Part shown: positions 17,950 through 26,878 of the stretch, in pieces
Layout: each line of letters starts with the position of its first letter
How positions within the stretch are numbered: the stretch's first letter is position 1
From: an uncultured Bacilli bacterium
GTDB lineage: Bacteria > Bacillota_I > Bacilli_A > RF39 > UBA660
DNA length: 43,900 nt
Reading direction: 5' to 3'
Assembly (NCBI GenBank): GCA_944358735.1
Contig: CALVRT010000079.1
Coordinates: forward strand, 1 to 43,900
Translations under genes and position numbers: made by a program
Notes under the pieces: model-generated
What the model was told of the DNA's origin: nothing
The model's database searches: none
Seen by the model: only the letters and a program-made list of their open reading frames with translations

Positions 17950-17981
17950 AAAAAAATAAGACATAAAGTCTTATCCAAAAA
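17950..17981. repeat. 32-bp direct repeat, copy B (native ndk 3' end plus terminator hairpin)
   Basis: Covers the last ndk codons, the stop codon (17971..17973) and hairpin ATAAGAC/GTCTTAT (17956..17974). Confidence 0.9.
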
Positions 17982-18369
17982 ATCTTTTAATTTCAATTTC
18001 GGCATTTTCTACTGAATCAGAACCATGAACTAAATTTTCTGATTTATCTTTAGCATAATCGCCTCTAATAGTTCCTGCTGGCGCTTCTAGGCCATCAGTA
18101 GGTCCCATAATACTACGCATACCAGCAACAACATTATCACCCTGGACAATCATCCCAACCACAGGTCCAGAAGTCATATACTCTACGATTTCTGGGAAGA
18201 AAGGTTTATCAGCTAAATGAGCATAATGTTCTTTTAAAATTGCTTCATCTAAATTCATCATTTTCATATCAGTTATGTTATAACCTTTGTTTTCAATTCT
18301 TGTAATAATTTCTCCAATTAAACCTCTTTTATAAGCATCAGGTTTTGTCATAATATAAGTTCTTTCCAT
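17971..18369 (-). CDS. ndk: nucleoside-diphosphate kinase
   Basis: 132 aa. ERTYIMTKPDA ... NLVHGSDS (active-site His context). Confidence 0.95.
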   Translation of the reverse strand: MERTYIMTKPDAYKRGLIGEIITRIENKGYNITDMKMMNLDEAILKEHYAHLADKPFFPEIVEYMTSGPVVGMIVQGDNVVAGMRSIMGPTDGLEAPAGTIRGDYAKDKSENLVHGSDSVENAEIEIKRFFG

Positions 18370-18380
18370 AAATATTCCTC

Positions 18381-18893
18381 CTATTTAATAAAACCTATCA
18401 TTAATAATGCTAGCAAATTATAAGCATAACGATAAGCAAATCTTAATCTAAAGCCACATTTAACTGAAAATTCATTAAGGGCTACCCCCTTATCAACAAA
18501 ACTAACAATCCAGCTTTCTAAATATTTAGGAACTGTTAAATTGATTGGGAACATATGCGCCCTTATCATATCTTCTTCTTTTTTCGTTAAATTAAAATTA
18601 GATTTTGCAGTTTCAACTGCTTGCTTCGGATGAACAAACACCGAAACAAAACGTTCCTTTTTACTACGCTTTTCAGGACTTAAGAAAAAGTCGTGTAGAA
18701 GACCTCCTCTAGCGACTTCTTCATAATCAAGTCTTAAAGCTTTAGCTATCTTATATGAATAATAAGATACTTTAATTGAATGGTCATAGCGACTAATGCC
18801 ATGATGTTCAATTTTTTTTATTTTTAAAAATTCTTCATTTTCTAAAATATGTCCTACTAATTGTCTATATTGTAAGTCTTTTTGACCTTTCAT
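18381..18893 (-). CDS. HD-domain phosphohydrolase-like protein
   Basis: H..(SIKVSYYSY)...GLLHDFF is the HD motif. 170 aa. Confidence 0.8.
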   Translation of the reverse strand: MKGQKDLQYRQLVGHILENEEFLKIKKIEHHGISRYDHSIKVSYYSYKIAKALRLDYEEVARGGLLHDFFLSPEKRSKKERFVSVFVHPKQAVETAKSNFNLTKKEEDMIRAHMFPINLTVPKYLESWIVSFVDKGVALNEFSVKCGFRLRFAYRYAYNLLALLMIGFIK

Positions 18894-18949
18894 TCCTTTT
18901 CACCTCAAGTACTTTGCCATTATAGCACATTTTTATGATTTTTTCAAAT

Positions 18950-20005
18950 TTATTGTTCGTCAGTACTATTTTCTTCAGTACCTTCAATAGTTAAAGTTTC
19001 GCCTTCTGGCTGAATTTGAATAAAGGTATTACCATCATTTACCTTAATTTCTTTACCATTAGCATATTTATAAACCGTTTGGCTAGAGCGACTATCCTTC
19101 TCCCAAGTAATTGGTACAGCATAACCATCTGTTATATAATATCCTTCTCCTGTACCAATATTGTCAAGTTCTTGTCTGCCATAACTATCATAACTTTGAT
19201 TAGCCACACTAATAACAATTATATTTTTAACCGTATATTGGTCTCCAGTTTCCGCATCAACATGAGGCTCACCTGACATACTACGCAAATAAACTTTATT
19301 TTCTTTATCGTATTCATAAGAAGTATCCGTATAATAAGAATATCTTATATAAACACTATCAGCTTTTTCTGCATCTTCCCGCTTTTTAAGACTAATTTCA
19401 TCCACACTATAGTTTAAGAGTAAATCCTTGTTTGTGTCACGGTCATAGCCTTCTTCTTTGGCTTTTTCATTAATTAATTCCATGCTCGTAAATACCGTAT
19501 GTTCAGTAGCCTTATTTAAAGTCGTATCACGCCAAAACGTACTATCATCAGTTAAGCCATTGATATTATCAACACCTAAACTTTGAATATCAGCTTTAGC
19601 ATCCTCACTCCAACCATAATGAACATAAATCGCATCATTTTCTAAAGCATAATCCAAATAATATGGACGAGCACTTCTAACTGACCCAATTTTTTCGGTA
19701 TCTTGGTCTTTGAAAAGAGACATAATACGCGTAATACCACCTTCAGCAATAATTTCATAGCTTAAATAAGCATCCTGAAGTCCGGCATGCGGCCAAGCCT
19801 CATGATTATTATTAATCATAACGGCGATTGGTCTTGTTTTGGAATCCTCATCAACTATCTTTAATTTCTTTTCAGGTTCGATTATTTCTTCTACTTTATC
19901 TTGATTTAAATAAAAATAAACACCAACACCAATTAAAGCAATAATTAATAAAAATATAAAAATTTTAAGTCCTTTTCTCTTTTTCTTATGTCTAGCTTTT
20001 GCCAT
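18950..20005 (-). CDS. membrane-anchored DUF3048 (YerB-like) protein
   Basis: N-terminal TM. RPIAVMINNNHEAWPHAGLQDAYLSYEIIAEGGITRIMSLF is typical of the DUF3048 family. Confidence 0.75.
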   Translation of the reverse strand: MAKARHKKKRKGLKIFIFLLIIALIGVGVYFYLNQDKVEEIIEPEKKLKIVDEDSKTRPIAVMINNNHEAWPHAGLQDAYLSYEIIAEGGITRIMSLFKDQDTEKIGSVRSARPYYLDYALENDAIYVHYGWSEDAKADIQSLGVDNINGLTDDSTFWRDTTLNKATEHTVFTSMELINEKAKEEGYDRDTNKDLLLNYSVDEISLKKREDAEKADSVYIRYSYYTDTSYEYDKENKVYLRSMSGEPHVDAETGDQYTVKNIIVISVANQSYDSYGRQELDNIGTGEGYYITDGYAVPITWEKDSRSSQTVYKYANGKEIKVNDGNTFIQIQPEGETLTIEGTEENSTDEQ

Positions 20006-20099
20006 CTTTATCCCACCTTTACTATTACCTAAATTATATCAAATTTTTAGATTTGTGCAAGTGTTTAAACTACCACTACTGTCAAGTATATGTCCATAC

Positions 20100-21086
20100 T
20101 TACTTTTTTATGACAAATGAATAAACATTTTGGCCTTTTAAACTATAACTATTATTCAGCTCCCTAGCGTATAAAAAGCTTTCATCACCACCAGGCAAAT
20201 TAGCCGCATTATATGCTCCAAAACTAATTAAAAGATTAATAACATCGTTCATATCCGCGCCTTTTGAGCCAGTCAAAAAGTTAAAGTCTTGCAAGTGGAT
20301 AAGCAAAATAATGCCATCTTGTCTTTGGGCGATAATACTTTTAGCATTATTCGGCCAACCACCATTACCATAAACTTCGGCTATTTCACCATTAACTATT
20401 AAAAATGGTCCATAATCCGTACTAAAAGCTAATTTTTTAGCTTCTTCTTCGGAATATTTTCCTAATATCAAACGGCCAGCACTATCAATACCAATCGTCC
20501 CGCCACCAACGTTTTTCCTTGTATTATTCTCTATAATTTTCCCGTTATTAGTAATCAAACCACCGGAAGTAGCATTTAATGCTACTACATAATTATCTAA
20601 ATTACTAGCATTTACTTTAGCCAAACTTAAAATACCAGGATTATAAATAGCTACCATTTGCCCTTTAATTCCATTTTCATTTATTTCAATAACTTGATAA
20701 TCTTTGTCAGAATTATGATTTAAAATAAGCTCATCATATTTATTGGTAATCATTCCTTTATCAAAGGTAATTTTTGAACTATCTACATTAGCTAAAGGTT
20801 CTTTTAAATAATTGTTACTTAATTGATTATTAATCGTATAATCATTATACAAAAGCCCGGCTAATGATTTATTATTTGTAATTATATAATTACGAAAGCC
20901 CGGCCAAGACCCATATAAGGTAAAAGCAAAAAATAAACCTAAAACAATAATAATTAAAGCAATAACGATAAAAATCTTCTGACCTCTAGTAAAAATACCT
21001 TTTTTCTTCTCTTCAACTGTTAAAATTTCAACTTCATTTTTATCTTCAAAGCCCTCAATTTCTAATACTTCAACTTCTTCGTTCAC
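20100..21086 (-). CDS. phosphodiester glycosidase (DUF2233/NAGPA-like) family protein, membrane-anchored
   Basis: N-terminal TM. GPFLIVNGE ... AKSIIAQRQDGIILLIHLQ ... GADMNDVINLLISFGAYNAANLPGGDES resembles the NAGPA-domain pattern. Confidence 0.7.
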   Translation of the reverse strand: MNEEVEVLEIEGFEDKNEVEILTVEEKKKGIFTRGQKIFIVIALIIIVLGLFFAFTLYGSWPGFRNYIITNNKSLAGLLYNDYTINNQLSNNYLKEPLANVDSSKITFDKGMITNKYDELILNHNSDKDYQVIEINENGIKGQMVAIYNPGILSLAKVNASNLDNYVVALNATSGGLITNNGKIIENNTRKNVGGGTIGIDSAGRLILGKYSEEEAKKLAFSTDYGPFLIVNGEIAEVYGNGGWPNNAKSIIAQRQDGIILLIHLQDFNFLTGSKGADMNDVINLLISFGAYNAANLPGGDESFLYARELNNSYSLKGQNVYSFVIKK

Positions 21087-21538
21087 CCTTCATCACCTTT
21101 TCCAAAGTACTTTCCATCTTTATCGTAATCGATATAATCTTCATACTTCACAACGCTTAAATTCTTATGTTCAAGGGTATCGCTAATATAATAATTAGAA
21201 ATAGCTTCATAATTAGCTCTAAAAAGCAAACAAGTACTACTAGCTTTAGCGTCTTCGTAATCTTTATCACATAGTTTTTCAAGTGTCTCGCTTGCCTTGT
21301 ATAAGTCATTCATCGCGGTCATATAGTATTCATAGTCTTCTTTTGTTAAATTATGGTGATAGTTAAGGCTTTTATCGAAATTCACTTTAAAACTATCATA
21401 ACTTGTAATTATTTCTTGTTTATCAGCTGAAGATATTTCGTCTTTTACACTGAATAAACTAAAGAAACGATACAGTAAAAAGATTATGATAACTAAACAC
21501 ATTAAAATTATAATTATTATAAGTTTTTCCCTTTTCAT
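21083..21538 (-). CDS. hypothetical membrane-anchored protein (151 aa)
   Basis: N-terminal TM helix. 4-nt overlap with the downstream gene. No recognisable domain. Confidence 0.6.
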   Translation of the reverse strand: MKREKLIIIIILMCLVIIIFLLYRFFSLFSVKDEISSADKQEIITSYDSFKVNFDKSLNYHHNLTKEDYEYYMTAMNDLYKASETLEKLCDKDYEDAKASSTCLLFRANYEAISNYYISDTLEHKNLSVVKYEDYIDYDKDGKYFGKGDEG

Positions 21539-21596
21539 TCTGCCTACTCCTTACTATTAAATATACCAAATTATTCTCTATTTGTAAAGAAAAAGA

Positions 21597-22604
21597 TTAG
21601 CCTTCTAAATAGGCTAATGCTTCTTTAAATGTTTTAACAGGAACAAGCTTGATATCATAATTTTTTTCTTCTTTTACTTTTTTGGCCTCTTTATAATTTT
21701 CCCCCGCCGGAACGATAAACACATCTGCACCTTTTTTAACCGCACCAATTAATTTATATTTAATACCACTAATCTCCCCAACATTACCACTCGCATCAAT
21801 AGTTCCAGTTCCAACAATTTTTTTACCATCTGTTAAATCAATATTATTTAAATAGCTATATAAAGTAAGCGTTAACATTAAACCGCCAGATGACCCTGAT
21901 TCCGAGTTTTTAAAAGTTATTTCTATAGGATGGTCTGATTCAACATCAAAAGTTTCTGTAACTAATATACCGATTTTTGGCTCTCCTCCTGCATCAATTA
22001 AAGTGGCATGTCTTGTTTTTTCTTCATCATCATTTATAACTTTAAGGGTTATTTTATCACCAATATTTTTAGTAGACAATAAATCAAATATTTCTTGTTT
22101 ATCTTTTATTTTTTTACCGTCAACTTCAGTAATAATATCGCCCACCTCTAAATCGGTATCAGCTTCAGGATAAACAAAAGTTACATAATCTTTGGTATTT
22201 TCTTTACTATAATCGATATTGGAATTTTCATAAGCCACCATTAAAGCCGTACTATTAGCTTCTTTAAGCAATAATTCATTACGAAAACGCTGGTCCTCGA
22301 TACTTTCAACTCCGCCAGTTACTTCTTCAGTGCTTTCAATATCCCAGTTATTATTTACTAGGGCAATTAATAGAAGCGGGATAATCCCATCCATTTCCGT
22401 AACATAAGCCATATTTAAAGACCCCTTCATTTCCATATTTTCGGGCATTTCTACTCTATCAGATGTATCAATTAGCCCGCCAGGCGCGGATATATAATAA
22501 GGAAGTTTAAAAGTCATTAAAAAAATCAAGACGATAAAAAGAAGTAAGGTTTTATAATTTTCTTTTATAAATGTTTTTGTTTTTTCATATACTTTATTAA
22601 CCAT
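21597..22604 (-). CDS. YlbL/SepM-family PDZ-Lon-like serine protease
   Basis: N-terminal TM, PDZ segment (GDIITEVDGKKIKDKQEIFDLL), Lon-protease C-domain (SGSSGGLMLTLTLYS ... IGAVKKGADVFIVP). Confidence 0.85.
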   Translation of the reverse strand: MVNKVYEKTKTFIKENYKTLLLFIVLIFLMTFKLPYYISAPGGLIDTSDRVEMPENMEMKGSLNMAYVTEMDGIIPLLLIALVNNNWDIESTEEVTGGVESIEDQRFRNELLLKEANSTALMVAYENSNIDYSKENTKDYVTFVYPEADTDLEVGDIITEVDGKKIKDKQEIFDLLSTKNIGDKITLKVINDDEEKTRHATLIDAGGEPKIGILVTETFDVESDHPIEITFKNSESGSSGGLMLTLTLYSYLNNIDLTDGKKIVGTGTIDASGNVGEISGIKYKLIGAVKKGADVFIVPAGENYKEAKKVKEEKNYDIKLVPVKTFKEALAYLEG

Positions 22605-22651
22605 ATATTAGTCCTTTCTATATTTAAAGATATACTATTAAGGTGAAATTT

Positions 22652-23623
22652 ATGAAAATAATAAGTGTATTAATTATGACAATTTTAACATTTATATGTT
22701 TTGAAATATTAACAGCATCACAAAGTATTATCGATTCTGTTTCTTTTGCATTATATATTTTTAAAAATAATATTTTTCCGTCATTATTTCCTTTTTTTGT
22801 TCTATCACAGTTAATGATTAAATACGGTCTTCCCGAATTTATTGGCAATCTCCTAAAACCTCTAATGAGTTTATTTAAAATTAAAAGTAACTGCGCTTTT
22901 ATATTAGTTATGAGTATTATATCAGGAAATCCGGCTAATGCCAAATATACTAAAGAGCTTTTAGATAGCGGACACATTAATGCCCATGAAGCAACTAAAA
23001 TTCTTTGTTTTACTTGTTTTGCCAGTCCCCTTTTTATATTAGGTACTGTTTCTTTAATGTTTTTAAACAACAAAGAAGTTGGCCTTTTAATTCTTTTATG
23101 TCATTATTTGGGCAATTTCATTGTAGGTTTACTTATTAGAAATTATCACCCAAGTCCTAAAGAAAAAGAAAAAATTAGTTTAAGTCAAGCTATTTTAAGT
23201 ATGCACCAAAAAAGAATTAGCAACAAGGAAAATTTTGGCACCATTATTACTAACTCTTTAATTAGTAGTATTAATACCCTTCTTTTAATTTTAGGCGTTA
23301 TGACTATGTGTTTAGTTATCACAACTATTATTGACAATCATATTAATTTAAATAGTGTTTTACAAAGTATTTTAAATGGTTATATTGAAATGACGCAGGG
23401 AATTAAATATATAAGTATGGAAGATATTCCTTTAAAACTAAAATGTATTTTAAGTGTTATGATATTATCTTTTGGCGGTTTATCGGTACATATGCAAATA
23501 GTAAGCATTATCAGCGATACAAAAATTAAATATTTTCCCTTTTTAGTGTGCCGAATAATTCATAGTCTTATTTCTGGATTACTAATGTTTTTAACCTTTG
23601 ATTTATGGATAAATTTATTTTAA
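22652..23623 (+). CDS. ylbJ: YlbJ-like integral membrane protein (nucleoside-recognition/Gate domains)
   Basis: IFPSLFPFFVLSQLMIKYG ... ISGNPANAKYTKELL ... ASPLFILGTV resembles YlbJ. ATG 22652 has AAGGTGA upstream. Confidence 0.7.
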   Translation: MKIISVLIMTILTFICFEILTASQSIIDSVSFALYIFKNNIFPSLFPFFVLSQLMIKYGLPEFIGNLLKPLMSLFKIKSNCAFILVMSIISGNPANAKYTKELLDSGHINAHEATKILCFTCFASPLFILGTVSLMFLNNKEVGLLILLCHYLGNFIVGLLIRNYHPSPKEKEKISLSQAILSMHQKRISNKENFGTIITNSLISSINTLLLILGVMTMCLVITTIIDNHINLNSVLQSILNGYIEMTQGIKYISMEDIPLKLKCILSVMILSFGGLSVHMQIVSIISDTKIKYFPFLVCRIIHSLISGLLMFLTFDLWINLF

Positions 23624-24063
23624 TAGTTAAGTACTAAATTAAAGGGAATACCATCTCTAAAATCACTACTAACGACATTATAGTGAATAGCTAAAAAGCA
23701 GCTTCCATTAGAACAACTATTTTCAAATGGGTTTTCAGCACTAATAGAAGTATCATTCGGCATCTTAAACGTCCGGTTACCAACTCTTATAATATTATTA
23801 GCTGGGTCAACCACAATATCACCATTCGTTAAACGACAGGTTGTTCCGTCATAGTTATTAACCTGAACGCCATCAGCAAGTTGCTCGTTTATGGCTCTAG
23901 CAATTAAAGCATTTTCATTTTTAACGGTTGTTTCTAAAGAAGAAGAAACATAAATGTTTTTTAGTTCCATTACCACTTCAAAGAGAAATATTGTAACCAC
24001 CATCATTAATGAAAATGATGCCAAGAGTTCAACAACGGTAAAACCTTTATTATTTAATTTCAT
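23620..24063 (-). CDS. type IV pilin / pseudopilin (prepilin-type N-terminal cleavage-methylation motif)
   Basis: MKLNNKG/FTVVELLASFSLMMVV has G-F...E5 and a hydrophobic helix. AAAGGAGAAGG lies upstream of ATG 24063. Confidence 0.8.
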   Translation of the reverse strand: MKLNNKGFTVVELLASFSLMMVVTIFLFEVVMELKNIYVSSSLETTVKNENALIARAINEQLADGVQVNNYDGTTCRLTNGDIVVDPANNIIRVGNRTFKMPNDTSISAENPFENSCSNGSCFLAIHYNVVSSDFRDGIPFNLVLNY

Positions 24064-24077
24064 TTTCCTTCTCCTTT

Positions 24078-25412
24078 CTAACACTGACCTGTAGTAACTT
24101 CCGTGATTTTGCTACCATCAAATATATTAGCGTCCTCACTAACTTGCCACTTATCAGATACTTTAACAATATCTAAATTTTTCATATCACTAAAAATACC
24201 ATCTATTTTTTTAACTTTGTTTGTATCAAAAGAACATAAATCAAGAAGAGGAAGAGCCGTTCCATTAAACATATTTTCCATATTAATGACTTTACGTGTA
24301 TCAAAGCCATCGATATTTAATGTTTCAAGACCAGAGCACCCCGCAAACATCGAGTTCATAGTTGTTACATTTTCGGTAATAAAATTACTTAAATCTAAAT
24401 TACTTAAACCACTGCCAGCAAACATATAACTCATATCAGTTACTTTAGTAGTATTTAAACCACTTAAATCTAACGTTTCACTTGTTAAACTGGTACAATT
24501 TTGAAACATTTTACTAGTATTAGTAACTTTAGTTAATATTAAATCTTTTATTGTTTTTAATTTTGAGCAACCTTGAAACATGCCTTCCGCATTTATTACT
24601 AAATTAGTGTTAAGATTGTTAAAATCAACCGTCTCAAGGGCTGTAAACCCCGCAAACATATAAGATGAATTATAATTAGCGGTTACTCCACCATTACCAC
24701 CAATATGTAAAGTCGTATTATCGGTAATCCAATATAAAACACTTTTATCACCTTTTTCGGAAATATCTATAGCGTTATCAGGTGCACTAGTTACGTCATC
24801 TTCAAAAACAACACTAGTAATACTGCTTTTATCAGCATGAAAATCTTCATTAGAACTAGAACCCCAGCTTTTCATTATCCCACCACTTATTGGTGTAGCT
24901 ACATCATCATAAGTAATTGTTGCATAAGTACCATCTTCAAATTGACCGATTAACCGGTTATTACTCTCCTGTTTTTCTAATCTATTCAAAAAAGTTTTAT
25001 AACTAGTAGTAAATATGTTAGTATCACTGGTATCAATAGTTTTAGGGTCATCTACCGCATATATTAAAATTAAAGTTTTAAGGTTCATAGCATTAGCTAA
25101 ATCATCACAACCAGAAAGATTTACAGCATCAGCTATATTCGCATTACATGTACCATCTTGAAAAATCACCAAATAAGTACTATCACCTATTTTAGCTTGT
25201 AAAGCATTTGGGCTAGTTTCATTAGCTATAATATATTCTTTCATGGTATTTAAGTTATAAATACCTTCTACTGTATTATAATCATAACTATCTTCATAAC
25301 TATTAAAAAGGTTTTTAAATTGAACAAATAAAAAGACTAAAACTGTTAATACAAAAGTCGTAACGACTAATGATTCTACTAATAAAAACCCCTTATTATT
25401 CATTTTTTTCAT
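24078..25412 (-). CDS. prepilin-leader protein fused to BspA/DUF285-type leucine-rich repeats (444 aa)
   Basis: MKKMNNKG/FLLVESLVVTTFVLTVLVFLF is a prepilin motif. The C-terminal half has about 25-aa repeats MF.GC..L..L.L..F.T..V..M..MF. SD AAGGAGA upstream. Confidence 0.8.
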   Translation of the reverse strand: MKKMNNKGFLLVESLVVTTFVLTVLVFLFVQFKNLFNSYEDSYDYNTVEGIYNLNTMKEYIIANETSPNALQAKIGDSTYLVIFQDGTCNANIADAVNLSGCDDLANAMNLKTLILIYAVDDPKTIDTSDTNIFTTSYKTFLNRLEKQESNNRLIGQFEDGTYATITYDDVATPISGGIMKSWGSSSNEDFHADKSSITSVVFEDDVTSAPDNAIDISEKGDKSVLYWITDNTTLHIGGNGGVTANYNSSYMFAGFTALETVDFNNLNTNLVINAEGMFQGCSKLKTIKDLILTKVTNTSKMFQNCTSLTSETLDLSGLNTTKVTDMSYMFAGSGLSNLDLSNFITENVTTMNSMFAGCSGLETLNIDGFDTRKVINMENMFNGTALPLLDLCSFDTNKVKKIDGIFSDMKNLDIVKVSDKWQVSEDANIFDGSKITEVTTGQC

Positions 25413-25514
25413 ATTTTTTCTCCTTTTAAATTGTATTTATCCTAAATATATTATATAATAATATCAGGATAAAAGCTAGTCCTTAATCAAAAAAGAATAA
25501 AAGGAGTGAAATAA

Positions 25515-26837
25515 ATGATAAGAACTTTTGACTTTCAAAAAATGCCAATAGTTGATGTTGTAAATGAGATTTTAGTTGATGCTTCAAAACGAGGCGCGAG
25601 TGATATTCACTTTGACCCTAGGGAAGGACATATGATAATTCGTATTAGAGTTGATGGACAACTAATGGATTATGCGGATGTACCAAACGAAATACGTGAT
25701 TATCTAATTACTCGTATTAAAACAATATCAAAAATGAATATTACTGAAAGCCGGTTACCTCAAGATGGTTCAATAAAAGGAACTTTACAAGGTATTAACC
25801 TCGACCTTCGTGTATCATCACTACCGGTTAACAATGGTGAAAAAGTCGTTATTCGTATTTTGGATTACTCAATGAGTTTGGCTGGTCTCGAGCAACTAGA
25901 CTTTAGTCAAAAAAATTACAAAAAATTAATTGAAATGATTAACGTTCCTAATGGAATTATTTTAGTTACCGGAGCAACTGGTACTGGTAAATCAACTACG
26001 GTTTACTCTATTTTACAATATTTAAATAAAACTGAAACAAATATTATCACTGTTGAAGACCCAATTGAAATGGATATTGAAGGTATTAATCAAGTTCAAA
26101 CTAACAGTAAAATTGGATTAGATTTTGCCACGGCTTTAAGGTCTATTTTAAGACAAGACCCAAATATCATTATGATTGGGGAAATCCGTGACTCGGAAAC
26201 AGCTAAAATTGCCGTTAGAGCATCTATTACTGGGCATCTTGTTCTATCAACAGTCCATACTAATAATTCATTAAACACTATTGAAAGATTAATTGATATG
26301 GAAGTTCAAAAATATTTACTTGCTAGTGCTTTAGAAGGCGTTATCTCACAAAAATTAGCTAGAAGATTATGTCCTAAATGTAAAAGAAAAAGACCAACTA
26401 CTGATTATGAAAGAACAATATTTAAATCTGTTTTAAATAAAGATGTTGAAGAAATATATGATAATGAAGGTTGTGAAGAATGTAATGATGGCTTCCACGG
26501 TCGAATTGCCATTCAAGAAGTTTTAAGAATTAATCAAAGAATTAGAGATGCTTTAAGTGATAATGTTAGTAAAGAAGAACTTCGAAAACTTGTTTATAGT
26601 TCAGATGTTACTACCCTTCTTCAAGATGGGCTTGAAAAAGTTGTCAATGGTGATACAACCTTTGGTGAAATTCTTAAATTAATTGAACTTGATGATTCTG
26701 AAAATATTAGTGATAACGATGGCTTTGATTTAAAACAAGCTGTTAATATGTCAATTGAAGCTAATAACGCTAGAATGAATAATTATAAACCTGATACTAG
26801 TAGTATAAATAATAATCCTAATATTGAAGTATTATAA
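25515..26837 (+). CDS. GspE/PilB/ComGA-family type IV filament assembly ATPase
   Basis: Walker A GATGTGKSTT, IGEIRD, STVHTN, and tetracysteine CPKC...CEEC. 440 aa, with no long N-terminal domain. Confidence 0.9.
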   Translation: MIRTFDFQKMPIVDVVNEILVDASKRGASDIHFDPREGHMIIRIRVDGQLMDYADVPNEIRDYLITRIKTISKMNITESRLPQDGSIKGTLQGINLDLRVSSLPVNNGEKVVIRILDYSMSLAGLEQLDFSQKNYKKLIEMINVPNGIILVTGATGTGKSTTVYSILQYLNKTETNIITVEDPIEMDIEGINQVQTNSKIGLDFATALRSILRQDPNIIMIGEIRDSETAKIAVRASITGHLVLSTVHTNNSLNTIERLIDMEVQKYLLASALEGVISQKLARRLCPKCKRKRPTTDYERTIFKSVLNKDVEEIYDNEGCEECNDGFHGRIAIQEVLRINQRIRDALSDNVSKEELRKLVYSSDVTTLLQDGLEKVVNGDTTFGEILKLIELDDSENISDNDGFDLKQAVNMSIEANNARMNNYKPDTSSINNNPNIEVL

Positions 26838-26867
26838 AAACTTTAGACATTAAATCTAAAGTTTTTT
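26838..26867. terminator. terminator between ATPase gene and the adhesin paralogue
   Basis: 10-bp stem AAACTTTAGA / TCTAAAGTTT, 7-nt loop, T-run on the plus strand. Confidence 0.6.
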
Positions 26868-26878
26868 AGTATATAATT

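Larger units (their letters stand above)
15866..17981. mobile_element. 2.1-kb insertion bounded by the 32-bp direct repeats; no recombinase inside
   Basis: Repeat copies at 15866..15897 and 17950..17981 flank two ORFs of unknown function, gene debris and a small promoter/terminator unit. The insertion lies between ndk and tRNA-Arg. Confidence 0.5.

Noticed and set aside
17746-17964. 72-aa minus-strand ORF.
   Set aside because: It starts inside the ndk terminator hairpin, has no SD, and runs straight through a strong hairpin plus T-run. I interpret the region as a small non-coding unit instead.
21597-22604. Functional link between the SepM/YlbL-family protease and the double-glycine peptides, by analogy with SepM trimming of exported CSP in streptococci.
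   Set aside because: YlbL-type proteases are broadly conserved housekeeping genes. This one lies 12 kb away in a different operon. Nothing in the sequence ties it to the peptide locus.
22624-23073. 149-aa minus-strand ORF overlapping the start of the ylbJ-like gene.
   Set aside because: It is antisense to a well-supported membrane-protein gene and has no SD. The plus-strand ORF has clear family motifs.
22652-23623. Taking the ylbJ-like gene as evidence that the organism sporulates.
   Set aside because: A single Gate-domain membrane protein is insufficient evidence. No other sporulation gene is visible in the window.
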